From the sequence record NC_028881.1: a DNA stretch of 64,000 nucleotides. One strand, written 5' to 3'. Of the stretch, positions 53,868 to 64,000 are shown in pieces. Source of the DNA: Escherichia phage vb_EcoM-VR5. A program made the translations under genes and the position numbers. The notes under the pieces are model-generated. The model was given only the letters and a program-made list of their open reading frames with translations. It made no database searches and was not told the DNA's origin. The stretch's first letter is position 1, and each line of letters begins with the position of its first letter.

Positions 53868-54126
53868 ACAGTTCTACCACTTCAGTTTTCTCATCTTCGA
53901 AACGTTCACGAGTACCTTTATGATACAGAGAGAACAGTTGATTAAACATTTTACCATCGACACCAAGTTCGGTCTTGGCACGATCTTTGATATCTTTAAT
54001 TTCATCGCCGTATGCTTCCATTTTTAATTTAGTATCGGAAGCGGTTTTAATCAACTGGGCCAGGGTATTACCATGTTCTTCTTGATTGAATTCAACTTTC
54101 ACTTTTTCTTTAGCCATTATATTCAC
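53848..54126 (-). CDS. dsbA: DsbA-like late transcription accessory protein
   Basis: 92-aa ORF (possible start at 54117, MAKEKVKV); position between rnh and gene 33. Confidence 0.55.
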   Translation of the reverse strand: MNIMAKEKVKVEFNQEEHGNTLAQLIKTASDTKLKMEAYGDEIKDIKDRAKTELGVDGKMFNQLFSLYHKGTRERFEDEKTEVVELYDTIFE

Positions 54127-54127
54127 C

Positions 54128-55075
54128 TTAATAGAAATCAGCTACTGTAGCGGTTAGTTTAGACAAACCTGATTTAACGAAATAAGGATAAACTTTAGAT
54201 TTCGAAGGTTTGATGTAGTTATTATATCTTTCAGTAATTAAAGCAACAATATCATCTGGGATAAAGTCCATATCAATTAAGATTTGGTTTTCGCAGAAAC
54301 GTTCATATTGTTCTTCAGTAAGAAGTGTTTTAATTATATCATGGTCGTAATAATTCAGAGCAATTGCTTCAAGTTCTTTAGCACGAGTACTTGGAGTACG
54401 TTCGCCTTCAACCATGGTCAACCAATAATCACCGCGAACTTTAATACTTGCGACGTTATCCTTGCGGTCGCCTTTAACAACTTTAGTTACACAATCAAGC
54501 AACGAGTCACCGGATTTAGTTTTGACGAATTTTTTCTGCATTGGTGACCATTGTTTTACCCCAGGGAATTTATGAAGTTGGGTAAAGTCACCGTCAGAAG
54601 AACCAATCATTACAGGGTGACCTAAAGCAGTGAGGATTCGAGTCAAAACAGCAATATGGTCATCAGCCTCGATTGTATCGATATTCATAACAATATAAGG
54701 CATGTTTTGTTCTAGTTCATCCACAATAATATGCATTGCAGTAAATAGACCTTCCCAATCAAATGGCGATTCATCACGTGCCTTAGCACGGTTTTTCTTA
54801 TAATAAGAAGAATAACGACGTCGCCAATACCCTGATTTAGAGTTATCAACGCAAACGATTAATTGGTTGTAACCTTGTTTTTTAAAGTCTTTAATATTTT
54901 TCTTAATTGAGTTCAGCACGAGGTGCCGAAGCATTGCTGTAGTTACTTTAGGAAATCCAGCGTTTTCACCGAATTCTTGGAAGGCCGCAGCCATAATGAT
55001 TTGGCTAAAGTCTAACAATAAAAATCCGTCTTTTTGTCGTTCTTCTTCAGGAAGTAAAAAATCTAAATCGTTCAT
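54128..55075 (-). CDS. rnh: RNase H (5'-3' exonuclease / flap endonuclease)
   Basis: Start at the internal ATG 55073-55075 with an AGAGG site; matches T4 RNase H from memory (KSGYWRR..YYKKNR.KAR.ES.DWEG...YIVM.ID..EADDHIAVL...ISSDGDFTQLHK.P.VKQWSPM.KK). Confidence 0.9.
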   Translation of the reverse strand: MNDLDFLLPEEERQKDGFLLLDFSQIIMAAAFQEFGENAGFPKVTTAMLRHLVLNSIKKNIKDFKKQGYNQLIVCVDNSKSGYWRRRYSSYYKKNRAKARDESPFDWEGLFTAMHIIVDELEQNMPYIVMNIDTIEADDHIAVLTRILTALGHPVMIGSSDGDFTQLHKFPGVKQWSPMQKKFVKTKSGDSLLDCVTKVVKGDRKDNVASIKVRGDYWLTMVEGERTPSTRAKELEAIALNYYDHDIIKTLLTEEQYERFCENQILIDMDFIPDDIVALITERYNNYIKPSKSKVYPYFVKSGLSKLTATVADFY

Positions 55076-55142
55076 ATGAACCTCTGTCCAATTAGTGTAG
55101 GAGTTCATTATATCATGGCCCTAGAAGAAGTAAACACTTTGC

Positions 55143-55150
55143 TATAAATA
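55143..55150 (+). promoter_or_regulatory. T4-type late promoter (TATAAATA) for gene 34
   Basis: Exact TATAAATA about 33 nt upstream of the gp34 ATG. Confidence 0.6.
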
Positions 55151-55182
55151 GTTCTATACCCTGAAAACGAAAAGGAAATAAA

Positions 55183-58100
55183 ATGGCTGATATTTTAAAA
55201 CCTGCATTCCGTGCTACATCCGGACTCGATGCTGCGGGCGAGAAAGTTATCAATGTTGCCAAAGCCGATTACAATGTACTAGATGATGGCGTCAACGTTG
55301 AATTCTTTATAGATGAGAACACCATCCAGGCGTACGACGAGACGCGCGGATATAAGAAAGGGTTTGCAGTAATCCATGACCAACGTATTTGGGTTGCTCA
55401 ACGTGATATTGATGCCCCTGCTGGAACTTTTGTACCTGGTTATTGGACTGCCACTCGTACCGACCCTAAGTGGATTACTGTGGCATCTCCTACGCGCCAG
55501 TTGGCTTCCGGTGAATATATTGCTGTTGATTCAGCTGCAAGCTTTACTACATTTACGTTACCTCCGAATCCTACAGATGGTGATACCGTCGTAATAAAAG
55601 ATATTGGTGGACGTGTAGGTTATAATGAAATAAAGGTCCAATCTAGTTCTGCTCCGGGTGGTGGTAACCAGAAAATTGTTCGATTTGGCAATCAGTTCGC
55701 TGAAACCCTAATTACGAAACCTTTTTCTTATAACATGATTATCTTTGCCAACCGTTTATGGCATTTCTGGGAAGCAGGTAACGAAGAACGCGGTGTTCGT
55801 GTAGAACCTAACACGGCCCAGTTCCAGGCCCAAGCAGGTGATAATGTTCTCCGTCGTTATACTTCAGGTGCGGTAATTAAGTTTACTCTTCCTAAGTATG
55901 CGAACCAAGGTGATATGATTAAAACCGTTGATATCGATGGCCTTGGAAGTAAGTTCCATTTAATCGTTGAAACATTCGATGCTTCGTCTGCTTTAGGTAA
56001 ACAAGGTCAGCATAGCATGGAATTCCGTACCTCTGGTGATGGATTCTTCGTTTATAACTCTACAGAAAAATTATGGTATGTTTGGGATGGTGATCGTCAA
56101 ACTCGTCTGCGTGTTATTCGTGATGACGTAGAACTATTGGCTAACGAAAGTATTATTGTTTTTGGTCCTAATAACACGACTCCTCAGACAATTAATATTA
56201 CATTACCTACTGGTGTAGCCCAAGGTGATACGGTTAAAATTGCTCTGAACTATCTTCGTAAAGCGCAGACGGTAAATATTAAAGCTGCTGTAGGAGATAA
56301 GATTGCTTCTTCTGTTCAATTGCTCCAGTTCCCTAAACGTTCAGAATATCCACCTGATACTGAATGGGTGTTAAATGATGTACTAACCTTCAATGGTAAT
56401 TTGAGCTATACCCCGGTTATTGAACTGAGTTATATCGAAGACATCACTACAGGTGGAAAATATTGGGTTGTTGCTCAGAACGTTCCTACTGTAGAGCGTG
56501 TAGATTCTAAGGACGATTTAACTCGTGCTCGTCTTGGTGTTATTGCCCTTGCGTCTCAGACCCAGGCAAACGTAGACCATGAAAATAACCCTGAAAAAGA
56601 ATTGGCTATTACTCCACAGACTTTGGCCAACCGTGTAGCGACTGAATCACGTCGTGGTATTGCTCGTATTGCTACAACGACTCAGGTGAACCAAGACACA
56701 ACTTTCGCTTTCCAGGATGATTTGATTATTTCTCCTAAGAAATTAAACGAACGTACTGCAACCGAAACCCGTCGTGGTGTAGCTGAAATTGCTACGCAAC
56801 AGGAAACTGATTCAGGTGTTGACGATACCACCATTATCACTCCTAAGAAGCTACAAGAGCGCCAGGGCTCTGAAAGTCTTTCAGGTATTGTAAAATATAC
56901 TTCTACGGTAGGCACTACTCCTGCGACTGCTAGGGACACTGTAGGTACTAACGTTTATAATAAGAACGTAAATAACCTTGTTATTTCTCCTAAAGCTTTA
57001 GACCAATATAAAGCTACTCAAGCTCAACAAGGTACGGTATATCTTTCTAATCAATCTGAAGTTAATACAGGACAATCCGCGAGTGGATTCTCTAACAGCG
57101 CTGTTTCTCCGGAAACATTACATGCTCGTGTGGCTCTTGATACTCGTACTGGGTTAATTGAAATTGCTACGCAAGCAGAGACTGATGCCGGAACAGATTA
57201 TACTCGTGCGGTAACGCCTAAGACGTTAAATGATAGGAAAGCTACGGAAGGACTAACTGGTATTGCTAGAATTGCAACACAGGTAGAATTTGATGCAGGT
57301 ACGTTAGATAATGTTATTTCAACTCCGTTGAAAGTTAAAACTCGTTTTAATGATACTGCTAGAACTTCTGTCTCAGCAGCCAGTGGTTTGGTTGAATCAG
57401 GAACCTTATGGAACCATTATACACTAGATATCCGTGAAGCAAATGAGACTCAACGTGGTACTGCTCGCCTGGCAACCCAGACCGAAGTCAATGTTGGCAC
57501 TGATGACAAAACCATCATCACTCCTTTGAAATTGCATTCTAAAAAATCTACCGAAAGTTCTGAAGGTATTATTCGTGTTGCAACGAATGCTGAAACCACC
57601 GCAGGAACTTCTAAAGTTCTAGCTATAAGTCCTTCTGGTTTAAAATATGTAGTACAGACCGAAACCACTTGGGAATCCACCGCCCTTCGTCGTGGATTTG
57701 TTAAATTGACTGAAGGCGCTTTGACTTACTCAGGAAATAAAGTTACTGGTTCTGGTGTTAAATTTAACCCAGGTACAGGCCTTTATGAGAATGATGATGA
57801 CATTCTGGGTGCAGCGAACTACCCTAAAACGGGTTATGCTGTTTCATCTTACGAGATGAATAAAACTTTACAGAACTTTTTACCTATAAATGCTACGGCA
57901 GTGAACTCCGAGAAATTGGATGGCCTGGATTCACTTCAGTTCATTCGTAGGGACGTCGATCAAACGGTTAATGGTTCTTTAACCCTAACCAAACAATTGA
58001 ATCTAGCGGCCCCTCTGGTGTCTTCTAGTACCGCTACATTTACAGATGTTACGGCTACGAATTCCACCTTCGGTACAGTGTACGTTGTTAATGGAACCAA

Positions 58101-59151
58101 CAAGTGGAAAATCACTGCTCCTTCCACCGGAACGACAATGACTATTGGCGATACGACTAACGTATTGACATTAAACACCGCCTCGGGTAATGTTGCTGTA
58201 TTGAACAACCTTAGTGCCGGAAACGATGTTCAAGCCAAAAATAATTACGTTCTAAACGGTCGTACTATTGCTACCACGACGGGTGAAGTTTCTGGTGCTA
58301 CATTATCTTTAGGCGATAATTCGCAGAATTTGGTGCTCAAAACTCTTGATGCTGGTAATATCATAGCAAATGGTGGCGGTGCATTTAAAGTCCTGACCGA
58401 GAAAAACGCTGTTGAGATTGTTGATAGAAACTTTGTTAATCAGGCCGGTGATACAATGTCTGGTGTGCTCCGTGTGAATGCTCCGGTCCGTGTATTCGGT
58501 ACTAAGCCTACATTAGCATCACAGGTTCCTACTGCAGAAACTGTCGGCTTCTGGTCTGTTGATATCAATGATGAACTGACTTATAGTAAGTTCCCTGGTT
58601 ATTGGACTATGAAAACCAAACGCCAAGTTAATATTGACACGACTCAAACTAAACCTACCGGCGTTTCTGATGAAGTGTGGAATGCTTCCGGTTGGTTAAC
58701 GGAAACTGGTGCCTTTAGTTCTCCGGCCATCAGATATCGTAATGAAGACGGTAGTTTTGGCGATGAAGTTCTTGGTACGACTGGACAGAAATTACGTGGT
58801 ACTTGGTTTGATTATTCTGTTCGTGATAAGGAAGTTAAATATCCAGGTACATTAACCCAGTTTGGTAATACTCTGGATTCATGTTATCAGGATTGGGTGT
58901 GTTATCCTACAGGACTGAATGGTGGTACTATCCGTTATACCCGCACCTGGCAGAAAAATAAAAGCGCATGGACTACGTTCTCAATGGTCTATACGGCAGA
59001 TAACCCTCCTTCTGCAGAAGACGTTGGCGCACTACCGGCAGATAACGCTACGATGGGTAATATTACAATCCTTGATTGGTTACGTATTGGTAACGTTCGT
59101 GTTATTCCCGACCCAGTCACTAAATCCGTTAAGTTTGAGTGGATTGAATAA
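55183..59151 (+). CDS. 34: Long tail fibre proximal subunit gp34
   Basis: 1322 aa; matches T4 gp34 from memory along its length (KIASSVQLLQFPKRSEYPP, PTVERVDS...TRARLGVIALA, C-terminal FGNTLDS.YQDW..YPT...RIGNVR..PDPV.K.VKFEW.E); late promoter at 55143-55150. Confidence 0.95.
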   Translation: MADILKPAFRATSGLDAAGEKVINVAKADYNVLDDGVNVEFFIDENTIQAYDETRGYKKGFAVIHDQRIWVAQRDIDAPAGTFVPGYWTATRTDPKWITVASPTRQLASGEYIAVDSAASFTTFTLPPNPTDGDTVVIKDIGGRVGYNEIKVQSSSAPGGGNQKIVRFGNQFAETLITKPFSYNMIIFANRLWHFWEAGNEERGVRVEPNTAQFQAQAGDNVLRRYTSGAVIKFTLPKYANQGDMIKTVDIDGLGSKFHLIVETFDASSALGKQGQHSMEFRTSGDGFFVYNSTEKLWYVWDGDRQTRLRVIRDDVELLANESIIVFGPNNTTPQTINITLPTGVAQGDTVKIALNYLRKAQTVNIKAAVGDKIASSVQLLQFPKRSEYPPDTEWVLNDVLTFNGNLSYTPVIELSYIEDITTGGKYWVVAQNVPTVERVDSKDDLTRARLGVIALASQTQANVDHENNPEKELAITPQTLANRVATESRRGIARIATTTQVNQDTTFAFQDDLIISPKKLNERTATETRRGVAEIATQQETDSGVDDTTIITPKKLQERQGSESLSGIVKYTSTVGTTPATARDTVGTNVYNKNVNNLVISPKALDQYKATQAQQGTVYLSNQSEVNTGQSASGFSNSAVSPETLHARVALDTRTGLIEIATQAETDAGTDYTRAVTPKTLNDRKATEGLTGIARIATQVEFDAGTLDNVISTPLKVKTRFNDTARTSVSAASGLVESGTLWNHYTLDIREANETQRGTARLATQTEVNVGTDDKTIITPLKLHSKKSTESSEGIIRVATNAETTAGTSKVLAISPSGLKYVVQTETTWESTALRRGFVKLTEGALTYSGNKVTGSGVKFNPGTGLYENDDDILGAANYPKTGYAVSSYEMNKTLQNFLPINATAVNSEKLDGLDSLQFIRRDVDQTVNGSLTLTKQLNLAAPLVSSSTATFTDVTATNSTFGTVYVVNGTNKWKITAPSTGTTMTIGDTTNVLTLNTASGNVAVLNNLSAGNDVQAKNNYVLNGRTIATTTGEVSGATLSLGDNSQNLVLKTLDAGNIIANGGGAFKVLTEKNAVEIVDRNFVNQAGDTMSGVLRVNAPVRVFGTKPTLASQVPTAETVGFWSVDINDELTYSKFPGYWTMKTKRQVNIDTTQTKPTGVSDEVWNASGWLTETGAFSSPAIRYRNEDGSFGDEVLGTTGQKLRGTWFDYSVRDKEVKYPGTLTQFGNTLDSCYQDWVCYPTGLNGGTIRYTRTWQKNKSAWTTFSMVYTADNPPSAEDVGALPADNATMGNITILDWLRIGNVRVIPDPVTKSVKFEWIE

Positions 59152-59159
59152 GAGGTATT

Positions 59160-60284
59160 ATGGAAAGATTTATGGCAGAATTTGGACAAGGATATGTCCA
59201 GGTTCCTACATTATCTGAAAACAATGCTGTAAGGTATAAACTTAGTATAGCTGGTAGTTGTACTAAGTCTACCAAAAAAGCATATGTTAAATTTCAAGAT
59301 GGGGACTTTGGTCCCCAGAATTTTCAAAATGGATTAAATCTTATAGAAATAGATGTTAGTGCTGAACCTAAAATAGTAGCTAACAAAACATATAGTTTTA
59401 CAAAAGATTTTGATGTTATATCTGAAGCTTTTATAACGTATATAACTTCAATACCGGCAAACAGAATAGTTTGTTTAGTATCTTCAGGCAGATTAAATGC
59501 TTCACAGAAGCTTATTGACTGGTTCCACGCCGCAGGAAGTACTGCATTTCCATCTAAATGGTTAATAGACCGATTTGAACCGTCTTATTCCGCCTTTTAT
59601 GTTTCTGGTAGAAATACAATAGTAATGGAACACGTCCTTTATAATGACGGAGTGTTTGTTGAAGATGTTTCTACCCCATTAGAAGTTGTTTTTGACGATA
59701 TCAGTGATGTTGGTGGTACCGGATATCCTATAAGAATAGTAGAAGATGAAAGTACTTATCTAAGTAATGGAGGGGAGGAAATAAAACGGTTCCCTACGGA
59801 GTCTCCTACTACCCCTTGTGCTGATTATAATATGAAGCCTGGAGAGTTCTTTTATCTTAAATTCCAAATGATGCGCGACCAGGAATTAAAAGATTTAGCA
59901 GGGACTTCTCAAATGTCTGTTAGATTTTTTGATTCTAATAGTGCTTTGACGGGTACTGTAAATATGGAAATCCCGACTAATTTCCCTGCCGGGTCTTGGA
60001 TGACTTTTGAGCGAGTAATTGAAGTTCCTGCTAATACAGAAACATTTACATTATACGCAAGAAAAACGGTGGCAAATGGAGTTGGTGGTGTGCGTAATGT
60101 GATGTTTGGGGAAGTATCTGAGCCAGAATCACAGCCTAAGTCAGCCGAATTTGGTGTAAATGGTATTCGTATGAATTTTGGTACTGAAACTGAGAATATG
60201 GGTACTACTATAGCCCAGTTATATGATAAAACCGGTAAGAAACCTGGACAGGTCTGGGTTGCTGAATTTAGAGAAAAATATTAA
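59160..60284 (+). CDS. 35: Long tail fibre hinge protein gp35
   Basis: 374 aa, about the T4 gp35 size; order 34-35-36-37; followed by a hairpin. Confidence 0.8.
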   Translation: MERFMAEFGQGYVQVPTLSENNAVRYKLSIAGSCTKSTKKAYVKFQDGDFGPQNFQNGLNLIEIDVSAEPKIVANKTYSFTKDFDVISEAFITYITSIPANRIVCLVSSGRLNASQKLIDWFHAAGSTAFPSKWLIDRFEPSYSAFYVSGRNTIVMEHVLYNDGVFVEDVSTPLEVVFDDISDVGGTGYPIRIVEDESTYLSNGGEEIKRFPTESPTTPCADYNMKPGEFFYLKFQMMRDQELKDLAGTSQMSVRFFDSNSALTGTVNMEIPTNFPAGSWMTFERVIEVPANTETFTLYARKTVANGVGGVRNVMFGEVSEPESQPKSAEFGVNGIRMNFGTETENMGTTIAQLYDKTGKKPGQVWVAEFREKY

Positions 60285-60307
60285 GGAACCTTCGGGTTCC
60301 TTTTTCG
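60285..60307 (+). terminator. Hairpin GGAACC-TTCG-GGTTCC plus T-run after gene 35
   Basis: Perfect 6-bp stem with UUCG loop followed by TTTTTCGTTTTC. Confidence 0.6.
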
Positions 60308-60359
60308 TTTTCTACAGCCATAAATATATAAAAGGCTATAACTCCCAAAGGAAACTCAA

Positions 60360-61007
60360 ATGGCAGATTTAAAATTAGGTTCTACAGCAGGAGGTTCAGT
60401 ATTATGGCACCAAGGTAATTTTCCCTTGACGCCTGTATCAAATGACCTTCTTTACAAAACATATAAAGTTTACACCGAATATAATAAACCTCAAGCTACT
60501 GATAACGACTTTGTTTCAAAAGCTAATGGCGGTAATTATCAGAACAACGTGTATTTTGAAAAAGGTTTAACCTTTAATGATACTAACGGATATGGTATTA
60601 AATTAGGAGCAAGAGCCGGCGGAGCCCCGTTCACTGCTTCTTTCCGTATTAAAGGTGCTTTTGGATATGAAACGGAAAACGGTACTCCGTTTATAATATT
60701 TGACCCAAGTACAGCAGTAGGTGCTAAACGCCTTACAGTAATGGGTGATTCATTATTCCGTCAGGTATACGATGAATCAGGTCGCGTATTCAGCCCTGGC
60801 AACACCCCTACTAAAGCCCAAGTTGGATTGTCATTAGTAGATAATGCAAAACAGGTCCAAATAAATAATACTAATATGCAAACAATGACTGGGGTACTTT
60901 CTGCTCCTAACTTCATTTCATTAAATCCGGCCTCTGACGCAGGACATGTTCCGCGTTTTGACCAGATTGTTATTAAAGATTCTATCCAAGATTTTGGTTA
61001 TTATTAA
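60360..61007 (+). CDS. 36: Long tail fibre distal connector gp36
   Basis: 215 aa, about the T4 gp36 size; position between 35 and 37. Confidence 0.8.
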   Translation: MADLKLGSTAGGSVLWHQGNFPLTPVSNDLLYKTYKVYTEYNKPQATDNDFVSKANGGNYQNNVYFEKGLTFNDTNGYGIKLGARAGGAPFTASFRIKGAFGYETENGTPFIIFDPSTAVGAKRLTVMGDSLFRQVYDESGRVFSPGNTPTKAQVGLSLVDNAKQVQINNTNMQTMTGVLSAPNFISLNPASDAGHVPRFDQIVIKDSIQDFGYY

Positions 61008-61015
61008 GAGGCATT

Positions 61016-64000
61016 ATGGCTACTTTAAAACAGATACAATTTAAAAGAAGTAAAGTAGCTGGTGTACGTCCTACGCCAGCACAGTTGGCTGAAGGTGAGC
61101 TGGCTATTAACTTAAAGGACCGTTTACTTTTTACTAAAGACGACTCTGGCGCTATCATCGACCTTGGCTTTGCTAAGGGCGGTAATATTGATGGTAATGT
61201 TATTCACAAAGGTAATTATAACCAAACCGGTAATTATACTTTAAATGGTACCTTTACTCAGACAGGTAATTATACGACAACCGGAAGTGTAACGGCCAAC
61301 GGTGATGTTACAGCGAAATCTCGTCTAATGACAGATAATGGTGAAGTTCTTGTACGGGGTGCAGGAACCGCCCACGTTCGATTCCAGGATTTGGCTGATG
61401 CGCGTGAAAGAGGCATAATTTATTCACAATCACGCCCAGGAAATACCAAGCAAATCTTGAACGTTCGTGTCCAGGATTATACTAATTCAACATCTAATAT
61501 TTTTGCATTCAATGGTGACGGTTTATTTTATGCTCCATCTATTTCCGGTGGAACATCGATAAAATCTCCGGTAATTTATACTAATACCGTTGATACCGGT
61601 AATAAATCAGCTCTTGATTATGATATATCTTCATTGGCAAATAATAATTCTAACACAGATAAAAATAATTTGCGCGTTGTACGTACTGATGCAACCGCCG
61701 CAATGCTCCATGAAATTTGTGAAAATAACGGTATCAGTTGGTATTCTGGTTCAACCCCTACTGATTATATATTATCTTTTGCTTATTCGGGTGGTTTTCA
61801 AGCAGGCCATTCGATTGCAGTAGGTATGGAATCAGGGCCTATGACATATTCAGCCTTAGGTAAAGGTTCTATTGCTTTAGGTGATAATGATACCGGCTTA
61901 AAATGGCATCAAGATGGATATTTTCATACAGTAAACAACGGCACTAGAACTTTCATCTACGGTCCAGAAGAAACCGCTAGCCTTAGAAAAATGGTTATAG
62001 GTTATTCTGTAAATGGTACTGATTTAACTACGCCGCCGACAGAAAACTATGCGCTTGGTACCGTTGTTACTTATCATGATAATAACGCCTTCGGTGATGG
62101 ACAAACTCTTTTAGGATATTATCAAGGTGGAGCATACCACCACTATTTTCGTGGTAAAGGCACTACAAACATTAACACCGCGGGTGGTTTGTTAGTTACT
62201 CCAGGCAATATCGACGTGATTGGCGGTTTAATTAATATCGACGGTCGCAGTAATGCTTCAACCTTACTGTTTAGTAGCTATACTTCTGGTCAAAGCTCTG
62301 TCGATAATATGAATATACGCGTTTGGGGCGATACTTTTGCTACTGTAGGTGGTACTCGCAAAAACGTAATGGAAATATCTGATGCCACTAGCTGGATGCA
62401 CTATATTCAACGAACTACAGCAGGTAAAGTCGAATCTTATTTAAACGGCGCGATGAACATCGTCGAAGGATTGTCTGTCGGTCAAGATGCATCCTTAAAA
62501 CGCAATCTGTACGTTTCCAATGAAATTAAAGTTCGCGGTTCTAGTGGACTTCGTATTTGGAACGATAAGTATGGTGTTATTTTCCGAAATTCAGAAGACC
62601 AGCTGCATATTATCCCAACCAATATTAATGCCGGCGAAAGTGGCGGATTAGGCCCATTACGCCCATTAAGTATTACGTTAGACACGGGCCGGGTTAAAAT
62701 CCCTAACTTAGAAGCAGACCAGGTTTATTTTAGGGGTAATGGTGCATTGGAATTCCCTAATAGTAACGGTGCATCTTATGCCAACCAGAACACGACTAAA
62801 GCTCTGTTGTATCAAACGCTCGATGCTGCAACTCAAGCATTTTATCCTATTACTAAGCAGAAAAATATCGATTCGAATGTAACTGTTACTCAAGGTATGG
62901 ACCGCGCTACGAGCGAATACCGAATTGTTGCTCAAGGTGATTTGCTTGGTGATGGTGATGCTACAGGATTAAAATACTGGCGCTTTACTAAAGAAGGTAA
63001 CTTCATAACTCAGAACCACTTATATGCCGGTACAGCCTTCTTGGACACTGAAGGTAACATTTCTGGTTCTATCTGGAACAAATACTCTGGCGCCACTAAC
63101 CTTGATGCAGCGGTGAATACCCGTGTCGGTAAAAGCGGTGATACAATGACCGGAAAATTGACTATTGAGGCTCCGGGTGATGCATTAGTATTAAGAACAA
63201 CCACAGGTAATAGCTCGCATATCCGTTCTGATGTAAATGGTACGGGCAACTGGTACGTTGGTAAAGGTGGCGATGATAACGGGATAGCCCTTTATAGTTA
63301 TGCTACCAATTCTGGTATGTACATCACTAATAGCGGCGCTTTCAACGTAGAACTTTCCGGCTCCGGCTTAGCAATGCAGATGAATTATTATCGCATGTAT
63401 GTTAATGGTCGCCAATGGGTTGCTTCACAGGGTCATGGTTATGGAAACCAATGGCAAACCGAAGCTCCTTATTTCGTTGACTTTGGCGAGGCTGTTCCTA
63501 AAGATAGTTATATGCCGATTATCAAAGGAAGAAGCACTCTAATTACCGATGGATATTCTACTAAAGCAGACTTCGGTATTATTCGAAGCGCTGGAGCATC
63601 TACATGGGGTTCTGCTGTTATTCGTGTGGGTTCTGCTGAAAGCGGTGATGCAAGTCATCCTAATGCTATATACGTTTTTGGCGCCGACGGCACCTTAACC
63701 GCTCCCAATGCTGTGAATGCCGCATCTAGAATGGGTGTCGGTACATCATGTTCATTACCAAATGCTTCTATTGCTATTGGCGATAACGATACAGGTCTTT
63801 CCACTAGAGGTGATGGTAGTCTAGGCGCGTATGCTAATGCTCAGAGTGTATTTTTCTGGGAAGCGGGTGGTATTACGACCGAGCAAAACAAATTCTTAAA
63901 CGTTAACGCAGGGATGTATGTTCGTGATAACATTGATGTTAACGACGTTTATATCCGTTCTGATATTCGTTGTAAGTCAGAAATTAAGCTTATTGAGAAC
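61016..64000 (+). CDS. 37: Long tail fibre distal subunit gp37, N-terminal part (continues past window end)
   Basis: ATG at 61016 starts a frame (MATLKQIQFKRSKVAGVRPT...) still open at position 64000; position after gene 36. Confidence 0.85.
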   Translation, partial: MATLKQIQFKRSKVAGVRPTPAQLAEGELAINLKDRLLFTKDDSGAIIDLGFAKGGNIDGNVIHKGNYNQTGNYTLNGTFTQTGNYTTTGSVTANGDVTAKSRLMTDNGEVLVRGAGTAHVRFQDLADARERGIIYSQSRPGNTKQILNVRVQDYTNSTSNIFAFNGDGLFYAPSISGGTSIKSPVIYTNTVDTGNKSALDYDISSLANNNSNTDKNNLRVVRTDATAAMLHEICENNGISWYSGSTPTDYILSFAYSGGFQAGHSIAVGMESGPMTYSALGKGSIALGDNDTGLKWHQDGYFHTVNNGTRTFIYGPEETASLRKMVIGYSVNGTDLTTPPTENYALGTVVTYHDNNAFGDGQTLLGYYQGGAYHHYFRGKGTTNINTAGGLLVTPGNIDVIGGLINIDGRSNASTLLFSSYTSGQSSVDNMNIRVWGDTFATVGGTRKNVMEISDATSWMHYIQRTTAGKVESYLNGAMNIVEGLSVGQDASLKRNLYVSNEIKVRGSSGLRIWNDKYGVIFRNSEDQLHIIPTNINAGESGGLGPLRPLSITLDTGRVKIPNLEADQVYFRGNGALEFPNSNGASYANQNTTKALLYQTLDAATQAFYPITKQKNIDSNVTVTQGMDRATSEYRIVAQGDLLGDGDATGLKYWRFTKEGNFITQNHLYAGTAFLDTEGNISGSIWNKYSGATNLDAAVNTRVGKSGDTMTGKLTIEAPGDALVLRTTTGNSSHIRSDVNGTGNWYVGKGGDDNGIALYSYATNSGMYITNSGAFNVELSGSGLAMQMNYYRMYVNGRQWVASQGHGYGNQWQTEAPYFVDFGEAVPKDSYMPIIKGRSTLITDGYSTKADFGIIRSAGASTWGSAVIRVGSAESGDASHPNAIYVFGADGTLTAPNAVNAASRMGVGTSCSLPNASIAIGDNDTGLSTRGDGSLGAYANAQSVFFWEAGGITTEQNKFLNVNAGMYVRDNIDVNDVYIRSDIRCKSEIKLIEN

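Noticed and set aside
60300-60330. Late promoter upstream of gene 36
   Set aside because: Only imperfect matches (CATAAATATA, TATATAAAAG) rather than exact TATAAATA; not called.

Overview
This window is a contiguous segment of a T4-like (Tevenvirinae-type) myovirus genome. All protein identifications rest on my recall of phage T4 proteins and on conserved gene order; no database search was run. The plus strand carries the late morphogenesis genes: tail sheath end, tail tube, portal, prohead core and protease, scaffold, major capsid protein, two tandem vertex-protein (gp24) paralogs, then uvsW, the baseplate hub genes 51-27-28-29-48-54, and long tail fibre genes 34-35-36 with the start of 37. 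The minus strand carries early/middle genes: rnlB, hoc, inh, uvsY, gp25/26, two tandem Alt-like ADP-ribosyltransferases, DNA ligase, rIII, gp31, dCMP deaminase, polynucleotide kinase, a spanin pair, rnlA, denA, nrdB, nrdA, td, frd, gp32, gp59, gp33, dsbA and rnh. Regulatory signals are T4-like: TATAAATA late promoters before plus-strand genes, sigma70-like early promoters (GTTTAC-N17/18-TAnTAT) and MotA-box-like middle promoters before minus-strand genes, and many GC-stem tetraloop hairpins between convergent genes. No CRISPR array, rRNA, convincing tRNA, group I intron or recognisable homing endonuclease was found. The most unusual content, relative to T4, is (i) a collagen-like G-X-Y repeat protein plus an extra Hoc-like protein inserted beside hoc, (ii) duplicated gp24, (iii) duplicated full-length Alt-like ADP-ribosyltransferases, (iv) a HAD-hydrolase plus NADAR-like gene pair beside ligase, and (v) a roughly 395-nt gene-free interval downstream of rIII.
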